From: Candidatus Cryptobacteroides sp. | Lineage (GTDB): Bacteria > Bacteroidota > Bacteroidia > Bacteroidales > UBA932 | Assembly: GCA_045126915.1 (NCBI GenBank) | Contig: JBGVPH010000012.1 | Span: 9,264 to 73,263 of the forward strand | DNA: 64,000 nucleotides | Reading direction: 5' to 3' | In this document: positions 1 to 8,644 of the stretch, piece by piece | How the letters are laid out: each line of letters starts with the position of its first letter | Position numbering within the stretch: the stretch's first letter is position 1 | Program-made: the position numbers and the translations under genes | Notes under the pieces: generated by a model | What the model was told of the DNA's origin: nothing | The model's input: the letters and a program-made list of their open reading frames with translations, nothing else | Databases searched by the model: none

Positions 1-35
1 TTTTGATTTTAATTGCAAAATATTTTTGAAAACTT

Positions 36-722
36 TTAGCGTTCAATATAAATCACCTGTTTGGTCTCAAAGAATGGGTCATCTGTCCAGCTGGATATAG
101 GCCACGAATGCACGGAACCCTTTCTCATCTTGAATCTCGACATTGCATTTGAAATCTCCTCGGCTAGGTCTCCTCCTTTCAGATAAAGTATACCCTCTGA
201 ATATTTCCCTTTTACCCACGGCATAAAGTTCTCCAGTGAAGTCACAGCTCTCGAAACGATGTAATCGAATGTTTCAGGGAGGGATTCAGCCCTGGCGTTG
301 ACAGTAGTGACATTCTTCAGATCAAGACCGGCTGCTACCTCGCGAGCAACGGTAATCTTCTTGCCAATGGAATCACACAATGTAAATTGGGCACCAGGGA
401 ACATTACAGCCAACGGAATGCCAGGGAATCCTCCTCCTGTTCCCAGGTCAAGGATCTTCATAGGCAGGGCAGCCGCATAGACTCCCTCTCCGCGGAGACG
501 GTCATATACGTCCGGCATCTGCGTCTTGAGGTAGGCAGCAATTCCAAGAGAATGAAGGATATGATGACGATAAAGTTCGTCTATGTCCTTTCGCGATACT
601 ACATTAATCTTTGAATTCCAGTCGCGGTAAAGTGCGTCCATCTTCTCGAACTGCTTCATCTGCAGTTCGGTCACTTCAGGGAACTTGTTGTTCAGTATAT
701 TCTTGAATTCTTCAAAAGTCAT
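36..722 (-). CDS. rsmG: 16S rRNA (guanine527-N7)-methyltransferase RsmG/GidB
   Basis: YRDWNSKINVVSR, HILHSL, SAM motif DLGTGGGFPGIPLA, SRAV, LKGG. Confidence 0.93.
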   Translation of the reverse strand: MTFEEFKNILNNKFPEVTELQMKQFEKMDALYRDWNSKINVVSRKDIDELYRHHILHSLGIAAYLKTQMPDVYDRLRGEGVYAAALPMKILDLGTGGGFPGIPLAVMFPGAQFTLCDSIGKKITVAREVAAGLDLKNVTTVNARAESLPETFDYIVSRAVTSLENFMPWVKGKYSEGILYLKGGDLAEEISNAMSRFKMRKGSVHSWPISSWTDDPFFETKQVIYIER

Positions 723-737
723 GTTCTTGTTGTTTTG

Positions 738-762
738 GATTCCCGATCAGGTCGGGAATGAC
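738..762. repeat. CGTC/GTCAT-capped REP-like palindrome (copy A)
   Basis: gattcccgatcaggtcgggaatgac; 8-bp stem attcccga/tcgggaat; identical 25-mer at 20942-20966. Confidence 0.85.
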
Positions 763-764
763 GG

Positions 765-1364
765 TTATAGCAGTTCGTCCGAATAGTCCATCATCTTGAG
801 AAGCTGAGCCTTGGCGCGGCGGATTTTTGTCTTGACCGTGTTGATCGGCATATCAAGTGCATCAGCGATCTCCTTGTATCCGAAATTCTCGATCAGGTTC
901 ATTTTTGCAACAGTCCTGTAGTCGTCCTTGAGCTTCTCGATGTTTGTCAGCCATTTGTCGTACTCCTGCTGATTGATAATGTCGTCCTCCGGATTATGGG
1001 TAGTTGCTGTCAGCTCCTTCAGTTCCGCATTATCCTCATTTATGGAGGTCATCGGCATATAGCTTTTCTCCCTGTCGTTCTTGCTCAAGTGATCGAAAGC
1101 TGTGTTTCTTGCGATTCTGTAGAGCCAGGTAGAGAACTTGAATTCAGGGTTAAATGTCTGAATCTGACTGAAAGCCTTCTGGAAACTTTCAAGACATATG
1201 TCTTCAATCTCCTCCTTCTGCGCCACATATCTCGATATGTGACTTCTGACACCGGCATTATAGCGGGTGTACAGGACAATGAATGCTGTCTGGTGTTGCT
1301 CCACAGCAAGTTTTACGAGTTCTGCATCAGACAGATTAGTGAGCCTCGAGCCAGTTGTTTCCAT
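765..1364 (-). CDS. ECF-type RNA polymerase sigma-70 factor
   Basis: region 2 EDICLESFQKAF...FSTWLYRIARNTAFDHL; region 4 YKEIADALDMPINTVKTKIRRAK; start overlaps the polA stop by 29 nt. Confidence 0.9.
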   Translation of the reverse strand: METTGSRLTNLSDAELVKLAVEQHQTAFIVLYTRYNAGVRSHISRYVAQKEEIEDICLESFQKAFSQIQTFNPEFKFSTWLYRIARNTAFDHLSKNDREKSYMPMTSINEDNAELKELTATTHNPEDDIINQQEYDKWLTNIEKLKDDYRTVAKMNLIENFGYKEIADALDMPINTVKTKIRRAKAQLLKMMDYSDELL

Positions 1365-3996
1365 AGTTGCAGTCGACGGTTAATGGTATGGATAGTTCTA
1401 TAACATTCTGCATTTCATAGCAGACGATTTCTTTCAGTCTCTCTACTTCTTCCGGAAGGGTGTCAAACAGGAGTTCGTCATGAATCTGAAGTATCATTCT
1501 GCTCTTGAGTCCCTCTTCTGAAATTCTCTTTTGGACATTGATCATAGCAAGCTTGATGATGTCTGCTGAGGTTCCTTGGATAGGAGCGTTGATGGCAGTC
1601 CTTTCTGCTAGTGCGCGTACTGTGCCATTCTTGGAATTGATATCAGGCAGGTAGCGTCTTCTTCCAAACAGCGTCTCGACATAACCGAATTCTCTAGCAG
1701 AAGCGAGTGTGTCTTCGATATATGCTGAAATTGCAGGGAAGTTTGCAAAATAATCTTCAATGATTTTCTTGGCCTCAGCCCTTCCAATATGCAGCCTCTG
1801 GGAAAGTCCGAATGACGAGATGCCGTACATGATGCCGAAGTTCGCGGTCTTGGCGATTCTTCTCTGGTCTGCAGTGACATCTTCTGGTGCAATTCCGAAG
1901 ATCTTTGCAGCAGTCATTGCGTGAACATCCTGTCCGTTGCGGAATGCATTTATAAGATGCATGTCACAACTCAGGTGAGCCATTATTCGGAGCTCAATCT
2001 GAGAATAGTCGGCAGAAAGAATGATTCCTCCAGGACGACTTGGAATGAATGCCTTCCTAATCTCCTTACCTCTCTCAGTCCTGATCGGAATGTTCTGAAG
2101 ATTCGGTTTTGAGGAACTCAGGCGTCCGGTAGCTGTCAGTGCCTGGTTGAATGTTGTATGTATCTTTCCTGTTACAGGGGAAATATATGTAGGAAGCGGC
2201 TCAATGTAGGTAGAGAGCAGTTTCTTCACTCCTCTGTATTCAAGTATTTCATTTATTATAGGATGCTTGTCAGCAAGTGCTGAAAGCGTGTCTTCATCCG
2301 TAGGATAGCTGTATCTTACTCCACTCTTTGGCTTTACCTTGGGGTCAAGATTGAGCTTTTCAAAAAGCAGGATTCCGATCTGTTTTGGTGACAATATGTT
2401 CAGGTCAGGCTCTCCTGCCATCTCTCTTACTCTTTCCTGAATCCCGTTCATTTCTGCAGATAGTCCGGCAGCATACCTTTTGAGTTGTACTGTATCAATC
2501 TTCACTCCCTCAAGTTCCATAGCGGAAAGAACTTTCTGCAATGGCTCTTCCATCGAATCGTAGAGGGTGTCCAGTCCCTTGCTTTCGAGGTCTTCTCTGA
2601 TTTTTCTTCCAAGGAGACATATTGCACTAGCTTCGCATGACCTGTCTGTGCTCTCTTCTGTATCAGTGTTGTCATCGAAAAGTGAAAGCTCTTCCTTAGA
2701 CTCAGTCTCATTGTTGTTTTCAATGCTTACATCAAGATAGCTTCTTGACAGGATGTCTGCCTTATGGCTTTTCTCCGGATCAATCAGATAGTGCATCAAC
2801 TCGAGGTCCATGAGCCTTCCGCACAGGTCCATTCCGTTGTTGCATAGAACATTCTTCTGATATTTAAGGTCGTAGCCGTATTTTATGATGCTCTCGTCTG
2901 CAAGCAGACTCTTGAATTCATCTGCTCTGCCTTTTGCAACGAAGCACTCAAGTGCTCCGCCTCCAGCAACAGCGACTGTGACTTTCTTTATTTCAGTGAA
3001 TATACTGCTTCCGCTTCCTTCCACTATGACAGCACATTCTCCATTTCTGGCAGCAAGCTCAGCTATCTTATTTGCATCTGTTTCTTTTACAGATATCCTT
3101 TTCTCCTCCTTAGAAGTGCTGCCCTGGACATCGCCAAGATACTTACGCAGAGAACCGAATTCATATTTCTCAAAGAGATCGACTGCTTCAGGAGTGTATA
3201 CCCCTGTTATCTCCATATCTTCAGCAGTTACATCAAGTGGGATGTCCGTCTTGATGGTTACAAGAGTGTGACTGAGTTCTATGTGGCTCTTGGCATTCTC
3301 AAATGCTTCCCTCTGCTTCTGTGTCAGTTCATCGATATGATTGTAGATTTCAGCTACGCTTCCGTATTTTGAAATCAGTTTGCCTGCACCAATCTCGCCG
3401 ACTCCCTTTACTCCGGGTACATTATCTGAACTGTCACCGACGATTGTCAGAATTTCAATTACCTGTTCCGGTCTTGAGATGTTGTATTTCTCACAGATCT
3501 TCTCTACGTCAACCATTTCACTCTCACTTCCGGATTTGCCTGGCTTGTATTGGATTATGGATGGAGATATCAACTGGCCGTAGTCCTTGTCCGGAGTTAC
3601 CATATATGTGGTAAAGCCCTCTTTCTCTGCACGTTTGGCCATCGAACCGATGACGTCGTCAGCCTCGAATCCCTTTACCATCAGCACAGGAAAACTCATC
3701 GCCTTGCATAATTCGCAGAGCGGTTCAAGTGAGTCTATCACCAATTGTGGAGTCTCGCTGCGTGTGCCTTTATATTCCGGGAACATTTCATGTCTGAACG
3801 TGCCTCCCGGAGGGTCGAATGCAATCGCAAAATGAGTGGGTTTCTCCTTCTCGATGAGTTCAAGAATATATTTTGTGAATCCGAAAAGGATGGACATGTC
3901 CGCACCCTTTGAGTTGATCATAGGATGTCTCAGGAATGCATAGTACATCTTGAAGATGAGGGAATGTCCGTCTATCAGGAATAATCTCTTGTCCAT
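1336..3996 (-). CDS. polA: DNA polymerase I
   Basis: 5'-3' exonuclease LIDGHSL, FEADDVIG, GDSSDNVPGVKGVG; polymerase motifs ADYSQIELR, AKTANFGIMYG, QIHDEL; start moved to ATG 3996 (MDKRLFLIDG). Confidence 0.96.
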   Translation of the reverse strand: MDKRLFLIDGHSLIFKMYYAFLRHPMINSKGADMSILFGFTKYILELIEKEKPTHFAIAFDPPGGTFRHEMFPEYKGTRSETPQLVIDSLEPLCELCKAMSFPVLMVKGFEADDVIGSMAKRAEKEGFTTYMVTPDKDYGQLISPSIIQYKPGKSGSESEMVDVEKICEKYNISRPEQVIEILTIVGDSSDNVPGVKGVGEIGAGKLISKYGSVAEIYNHIDELTQKQREAFENAKSHIELSHTLVTIKTDIPLDVTAEDMEITGVYTPEAVDLFEKYEFGSLRKYLGDVQGSTSKEEKRISVKETDANKIAELAARNGECAVIVEGSGSSIFTEIKKVTVAVAGGGALECFVAKGRADEFKSLLADESIIKYGYDLKYQKNVLCNNGMDLCGRLMDLELMHYLIDPEKSHKADILSRSYLDVSIENNNETESKEELSLFDDNTDTEESTDRSCEASAICLLGRKIREDLESKGLDTLYDSMEEPLQKVLSAMELEGVKIDTVQLKRYAAGLSAEMNGIQERVREMAGEPDLNILSPKQIGILLFEKLNLDPKVKPKSGVRYSYPTDEDTLSALADKHPIINEILEYRGVKKLLSTYIEPLPTYISPVTGKIHTTFNQALTATGRLSSSKPNLQNIPIRTERGKEIRKAFIPSRPGGIILSADYSQIELRIMAHLSCDMHLINAFRNGQDVHAMTAAKIFGIAPEDVTADQRRIAKTANFGIMYGISSFGLSQRLHIGRAEAKKIIEDYFANFPAISAYIEDTLASAREFGYVETLFGRRRYLPDINSKNGTVRALAERTAINAPIQGTSADIIKLAMINVQKRISEEGLKSRMILQIHDELLFDTLPEEVERLKEIVCYEMQNVIELSIPLTVDCNYGNNWLEAH

Positions 3997-4054
3997 ATCT
4001 GTAAAATGAACCCCAAAGGTATAAAATGTTTCGCTAAAAGCAAACGTTAGGGAT

Positions 4055-4681
4055 TCAGTCCTTCGAGAATATTGCGGATATGGTGTCTTTAAAATTCTCA
4101 GATGATATATGGCACTGTCTGTCAGCACCTAAGGCAATGACTTTATTGCATGTCTCGAGTGCTTCGTAGAGGTCGTGTGAGGAAAATATGACTGCAGTTC
4201 CGGTTTCTTCACAAAGTTTGCGTAGAGTACTGAGCACGTTTCTTCTGTTTTCTGTATCCAGAAAGGCAGTAGGCTCGTCCATAAGGATGATTTCAGCACC
4301 TTTTGCAATAGCTGCAGCAATGGTTCCTTTCTGGAATTCTCCGTCGCTAAGAGTAGATATGTCTCTGTCTGCCAGGTGTGAAAGTGCAAGCTTCTTCAAT
4401 GCCTTATCAGAATCCGCGTTCTGCTTGTTGTAGCAACTCAGATTGATGAACTCATTGAGCGTGAATCCTTTAATCTTTGGAATGCGTGTGGGGATCATAG
4501 CAATCTCCACCTCAGTTCTAATCTCTGTCAATGCTTTCAGAAGAGTGGTCTTTCCGCTTCCGTTTGCACCGCAGAGTAGTATGACGTCTCCTTCGCATAT
4601 GTCGAAGCTGATGTCTGCGAATAGTGGTCTGTCCTTGTGTCCGATGGCCAGGTTTCTGACCTGTATCAGTGTCTTTTTCAT
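4055..4681 (-). CDS. ABC transporter ATP-binding protein (iron-chelate/cobalamin type)
   Basis: Walker A GANGSGKTT, signature LSDGEFQK, Walker B ILMDEPTAFLD, H-loop SSHD; overlaps the permease stop. Confidence 0.85.
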   Translation of the reverse strand: MKKTLIQVRNLAIGHKDRPLFADISFDICEGDVILLCGANGSGKTTLLKALTEIRTEVEIAMIPTRIPKIKGFTLNEFINLSCYNKQNADSDKALKKLALSHLADRDISTLSDGEFQKGTIAAAIAKGAEIILMDEPTAFLDTENRRNVLSTLRKLCEETGTAVIFSSHDLYEALETCNKVIALGADRQCHISSENFKDTISAIFSKD

Positions 4682-5637
4682 CTGTATTCAGGTCTTTTGA
4701 TCAATATATATAATATGATAGGAATGCCTACCAAGGCCATTGTGCTCGAAATAGGTATGAGTGCAGGAGTAACCTGCGAAAGCAGATCGGCTGCTATGCC
4801 TATCGTACTGCCACAAAGGAAAGATCCCGGGATTATATACCTATGAGCAGATGTCTTCCATAGTGTTCTGGCGATATGTGGTGCGACTATTCCGACAAAT
4901 CCGATCGGACCGCAGAAAGCAGTCACAGTGCCTGTAATCAGACAGCAGCTCAGAAGAGCATTTATTCTGATCTTTCGAGGATTTGCTCCTGAGAGGGTAG
5001 TAAAGTCATCCCCAAAAAGAATTATATCCAGACCTTTGTTTCCGGCCAATGCGATCATAAATCCCAATGCAAGGGCAACGGACATTATTATTATTTCTGT
5101 AGCTGATGTTGTGGAGAAGCTTCCGGCTGACCAGCTGTGGTATATCTTCAGACTTTCTGCGTCACTACCTGATTGAAGTACTGTTACGAGCGCATTGACT
5201 ATGAAGCTCAGCATGACACCGAAGACCAGCAGGGTAGTGGCTCTTCGGAATTTTAGGGATGCTGCCATTATTATTGCAGATGCAACAGCTGCTCCAGTTA
5301 TTGATGCGATTGCAACAGACATTCCTCCTGACAGACCGATGTATCCGCCTGCAAGAGTAGCGATGGCTGCACCAAATGATGCTCCGGAGCTGATGCCCAT
5401 GATGTGAGGGTCTGCAAGTGGATTTATCAGTATGCTCTGCATCTGTGCTCCGGCAACAGCAAGACCGCCTCCTGCAATTATGGCTGTAAGGATTCGCGGG
5501 AGACGTACCATTCTCAGTATAACCAGGTCTGCTTCAGAACTTATGGGGAATATACCTTGCAGTAGATCGATTCCCGCCAGCAGAATAAGCAGAGCGCACC
5601 ATGTAAGGAATGGAAATATGCTTTTTCTTGGATTCAT
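4678..5637 (-). CDS. FecCD/BtuC-family ABC permease
   Basis: RLPRILTA...GAQMQ..NPLADPHIMGISSGA; GPIGFVGIVAPHIAR; many hydrophobic segments. Confidence 0.88.
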   Translation of the reverse strand: MNPRKSIFPFLTWCALLILLAGIDLLQGIFPISSEADLVILRMVRLPRILTAIIAGGGLAVAGAQMQSILINPLADPHIMGISSGASFGAAIATLAGGYIGLSGGMSVAIASITGAAVASAIIMAASLKFRRATTLLVFGVMLSFIVNALVTVLQSGSDAESLKIYHSWSAGSFSTTSATEIIIMSVALALGFMIALAGNKGLDIILFGDDFTTLSGANPRKIRINALLSCCLITGTVTAFCGPIGFVGIVAPHIARTLWKTSAHRYIIPGSFLCGSTIGIAADLLSQVTPALIPISSTMALVGIPIILYILIKRPEYR

Positions 5638-6851
5638 CAGGCCCGACGATTAAGTGTGTGAGCCGGGATGAGAGCGATGAGATAGCCGATGACTGTCACT
5701 CCGATTGCGGTCAGCATTACGTCTGTCCATGAAAGTATTATAGGGTATGCCTGGACTACGAAATGTCCTGGCATCTTTATGAAACCGAACCACTGCTGGA
5801 GTAGCGAAAACAGGACTCCCAGAAAGAGACCTCCGGCAAGTCCGGCGAGTGAAATCATCCAGCCTTCCAGAACAAAGATCCTTTTGATGAGCTTTTCTGT
5901 GGCTCCAAGGCTCTTGAGTGTCTCTATGTCGAAGCGTTTTTCGATGATCAGCATCGTGAGACTTCCAAAGATGTTGAAAGCAATGATTATGATGACGAAT
6001 ATTAGGATCATATAGATCGCTGCCTTCTCATACTTCATCATCTTGTAGAGTGATTCATTCTGCTGGAATCTGTCCTTTACCTTGAAATCAGGTCCAAGCT
6101 TACTTGAAATCTCTTTCTGAAGACGCTTCAGCTCTTTTGTGTCTGAGTTGTCTGTCAGTCTGATCTCTACGCCGGACACTTCGTTTTCGTATTCTAGAAG
6201 CTCCTGCATCTTAGCAATAGGCAGGATCATAAGTTCCTTGTCCACATCGGTGTTTACAGAAAACAATCCTGAAGGCCAGACTCTTATCGATTCAATTGCA
6301 GAGGCTGGGTTGGCCAATGAAATCTTGCGTGTGCGTGACGGGAAATAGATTTCGATAGGAGCAAGAAATCTCGGATTAATCTGCATCTCATATGCAAGAC
6401 CTGCTCCCACGACAGCAAGAGGAATGTCTCCCTTGTGGAGTTTGAATTCACCGTCGGTTATATGCTCCTTGAGACTTGACTCATCCTCATATACCCAATC
6501 GACTCCCTTTGCCTTTGCAAGTCCCTGCTTGCCGTCATAATTGATGAAGACCTGCTCCTGAAGCACACAACACATGCTTTTTACTGATGGCTGGTCGTAT
6601 ATCCAGTCGTATGTCTCTCCTTCCGGGATGAAGACTTTGCCAGTAGATGGAGTTATCAAAAGATCGGGCTCGACCGTACTCATCATAGATCTGATGAGCG
6701 AGTCGAACCCGTTATATACAGACAGAATGATGATGAGTGCTGCTGTTCCTATTGCCATGCCGATTGCGCTTATCGCCGAAATGATGTTGATCACATTATG
6801 TGACTTCTTGGCGAAAAGGTATCTTCCAGCTATGAACGGTGCCAGTCTCAT
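5637..6851 (-). CDS. LolC/E (FtsX-like/MacB-type) lipoprotein-releasing permease
   Basis: RYLFAKKSHNVINIIS, ILSVYNGF, AFNIFGSLTMLIIEK, LKSLGA; next to rbfA. Confidence 0.85.
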   Translation of the reverse strand: MRLAPFIAGRYLFAKKSHNVINIISAISAIGMAIGTAALIIILSVYNGFDSLIRSMMSTVEPDLLITPSTGKVFIPEGETYDWIYDQPSVKSMCCVLQEQVFINYDGKQGLAKAKGVDWVYEDESSLKEHITDGEFKLHKGDIPLAVVGAGLAYEMQINPRFLAPIEIYFPSRTRKISLANPASAIESIRVWPSGLFSVNTDVDKELMILPIAKMQELLEYENEVSGVEIRLTDNSDTKELKRLQKEISSKLGPDFKVKDRFQQNESLYKMMKYEKAAIYMILIFVIIIIAFNIFGSLTMLIIEKRFDIETLKSLGATEKLIKRIFVLEGWMISLAGLAGGLFLGVLFSLLQQWFGFIKMPGHFVVQAYPIILSWTDVMLTAIGVTVIGYLIALIPAHTLNRRA

Positions 6852-6871
6852 CTGTCAACTTGTCGAGAAAT

Positions 6872-7222
6872 CTATTTCTTCAGCAGTTCCTCGATGTGCT
6901 CCACGTAGTCAAGCGAACTGTCAAGGTAGAATGCAATCTCTGGAACAATGCGTAGCTGCTTTCCCACCTTGTTGCCGAGCTCGCCGCGGAGTGCTCTGTT
7001 GTTTTCATCGAGAACTTCCATTACGGCTTCAGCCTTTTCTGACGGGAAGATGCTGACATAAATCTTTGCAATGGAAAGATCCGGACTGATCTTTACTCCG
7101 CTTACAGACACAAGCGCGCCGCCGAATGCCGCCATACCCTTGCTGCGGATGATCTCAGCCATCTCCTTCTGTATTTCCTTGGCAACCTTAAGCTGCCTAG
7201 TGCTTTCACCTGTCTTCTCCAT
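6872..7222 (-). CDS. rbfA: ribosome-binding factor A
   Basis: RQLKVAKEIQKE, VKISPDLSIAKIYVS, QLRIVPEIAFYLD. Confidence 0.95.
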   Translation of the reverse strand: MEKTGESTRQLKVAKEIQKEMAEIIRSKGMAAFGGALVSVSGVKISPDLSIAKIYVSIFPSEKAEAVMEVLDENNRALRGELGNKVGKQLRIVPEIAFYLDSSLDYVEHIEELLKK

Positions 7223-8511
7223 TACGCAATTTTAATGATAAAGTAGTTCTTCTTACCCTTCTGTGCGAGGATATACTTGCCGTTGATGAATGACTCGCTT
7301 CCGATCTGAGCGTTGATGTCAGCCACCTTCTCCTTGTTGAGGCTTACACCGTTTGCCTGGATCATCTTGCGGCACTCACCCTTTGATGGGAATACCTGTG
7401 ATTCACCTGCGAGGAGGTCAATCACTCCAAGAGGGAACTTGTCAGCTGCAACTTCGAATGTAGGAACACCATCGAATACAGCGAGGAATGTCTTCTCATC
7501 AAGGTTCATGAGAGCTTCCTTGGTAGCGTTACCGAAGAGCATCTGTGAAGCAGCCACTGCGTTCTCATACTCTGCTGCACCGTGAACCATAGTTGTAACT
7601 TCCTTAGCAAGGAGTTTCTGGAGTTCGCGACGCTCTGGAACTTCAGCATGCTGTGCGATAGCAGCATCAATTTCCTCCTTTGTAAGCATTGTGAAGATCT
7701 TGATGTATTTCTCTGCGTCAGAGTCTGATACGTTGAGCCAGAACTGGTAGAACTGGTATGGTGATGTGCGCTCAGGATCGAGCCAGATGTTTCCTTTCTC
7801 TGTCTTACCGAACTTGCCGCCGTCTGCCTTAGTGATGAGAGGGCAGGTAAGTGCAAATGCCTCCTTTCCAAGAATACGGCGGATGAGTTCTGAACCTGTA
7901 GTGATGTTGCCCCACTGGTCTGCACCACCCATCTGGAGAGTACAGCCCATGTTCTCATAGAGGTAGAGGAAGTCGTATCCCTGAAGGAGCTGGTAAGTGA
8001 ACTCTGTGAATGACATACCGTCGCGAGCCTCACCTGAAAGTCTCTTCTTTACAGAGTCCTTAGCCATCATGTAGTTTACAGTGATGTGCTTTCCGATCTC
8101 GCGTGCGAAGTCAAGGAATGTGAAGTTCTTCATCCAGTCGTAGTTGTTTACGAGCTCTGCCTTGTTTGATGCCTCTGATTCGAAGTCGAGGAACTTGCTG
8201 AGCTGTGCCTTGATGCACGCTACGTTGTGGTTGAGAGTCGCTTCGTCGAGGAGATTACGCTCCTGTGACTTCATTGATGGGTCACCGATCATACCTGTCG
8301 CACCTCCGACGAGAGCGATCGGCTTGTGACCGCAGTTCTGGAAATGCTTGAGAATCATGATGCTGACCATATGTCCGATGTGGAGAGAGTCTGCTGTCGG
8401 GTCGATACCTACGTATGCTGCAGTAGATCCTTCCATAAGCTTCTCTTCAGTACCTGGCATGATGTCCTGAATCATACCTCTCCACATGAGTTCCTGTACA
8501 AAATTCTTCAT
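7222..8511 (-). CDS. tyrS: tyrosine--tRNA ligase
   Basis: [13 protein letters not shown] (HIGH), [16 protein letters not shown] (KMSKS-like), C-terminal S4 domain. Confidence 0.97.
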   Translation of the reverse strand: MKNFVQELMWRGMIQDIMPGTEEKLMEGSTAAYVGIDPTADSLHIGHMVSIMILKHFQNCGHKPIALVGGATGMIGDPSMKSQERNLLDEATLNHNVACIKAQLSKFLDFESEASNKAELVNNYDWMKNFTFLDFAREIGKHITVNYMMAKDSVKKRLSGEARDGMSFTEFTYQLLQGYDFLYLYENMGCTLQMGGADQWGNITTGSELIRRILGKEAFALTCPLITKADGGKFGKTEKGNIWLDPERTSPYQFYQFWLNVSDSDAEKYIKIFTMLTKEEIDAAIAQHAEVPERRELQKLLAKEVTTMVHGAAEYENAVAASQMLFGNATKEALMNLDEKTFLAVFDGVPTFEVAADKFPLGVIDLLAGESQVFPSKGECRKMIQANGVSLNKEKVADINAQIGSESFINGKYILAQKGKKNYFIIKIA

Positions 8512-8541
8512 ATCGTATTATCTTTTATCTTTATTCTATCT

Positions 8542-8566
8542 GTCATCTCGAGCGCAGTCGAGAGAT
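8542..8566. repeat. GTCAT-capped REP-like palindrome variant in the tyrS 5' region
   Basis: gtcatctcgagcgcagtcgagagat; stem ctcga/tcgag; same GTCAT cap as the other copies. Confidence 0.6.
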
Positions 8567-8580
8567 ATCTTAGCAACCCA

Positions 8581-8588
8581 CAAAGATA
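8581..8588 (-). promoter_or_regulatory. Bacteroidetes -7 promoter box upstream of tyrS
   Basis: tatctttg on the minus strand (TAnnTTTG). Confidence 0.55.
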
Positions 8589-8591
8589 AAC

Positions 8592-8623
8592 AAAAAAATC
8601 CTCCTACCATAGGGCAGGAGGAT
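8592..8623 (-). terminator. intrinsic terminator after the M49 peptidase gene
   Basis: stem atcctcct/aggaggat followed by a T7 tract on the minus strand. Confidence 0.7.
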
Positions 8624-8644
8624 AAATATTTATCAGGAACTGCT

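Noticed and set aside
5637-5700. Cobalamin riboswitch upstream of the BtuC-like permease
   Set aside because: The permease start overlaps the lolE stop, so there is no leader
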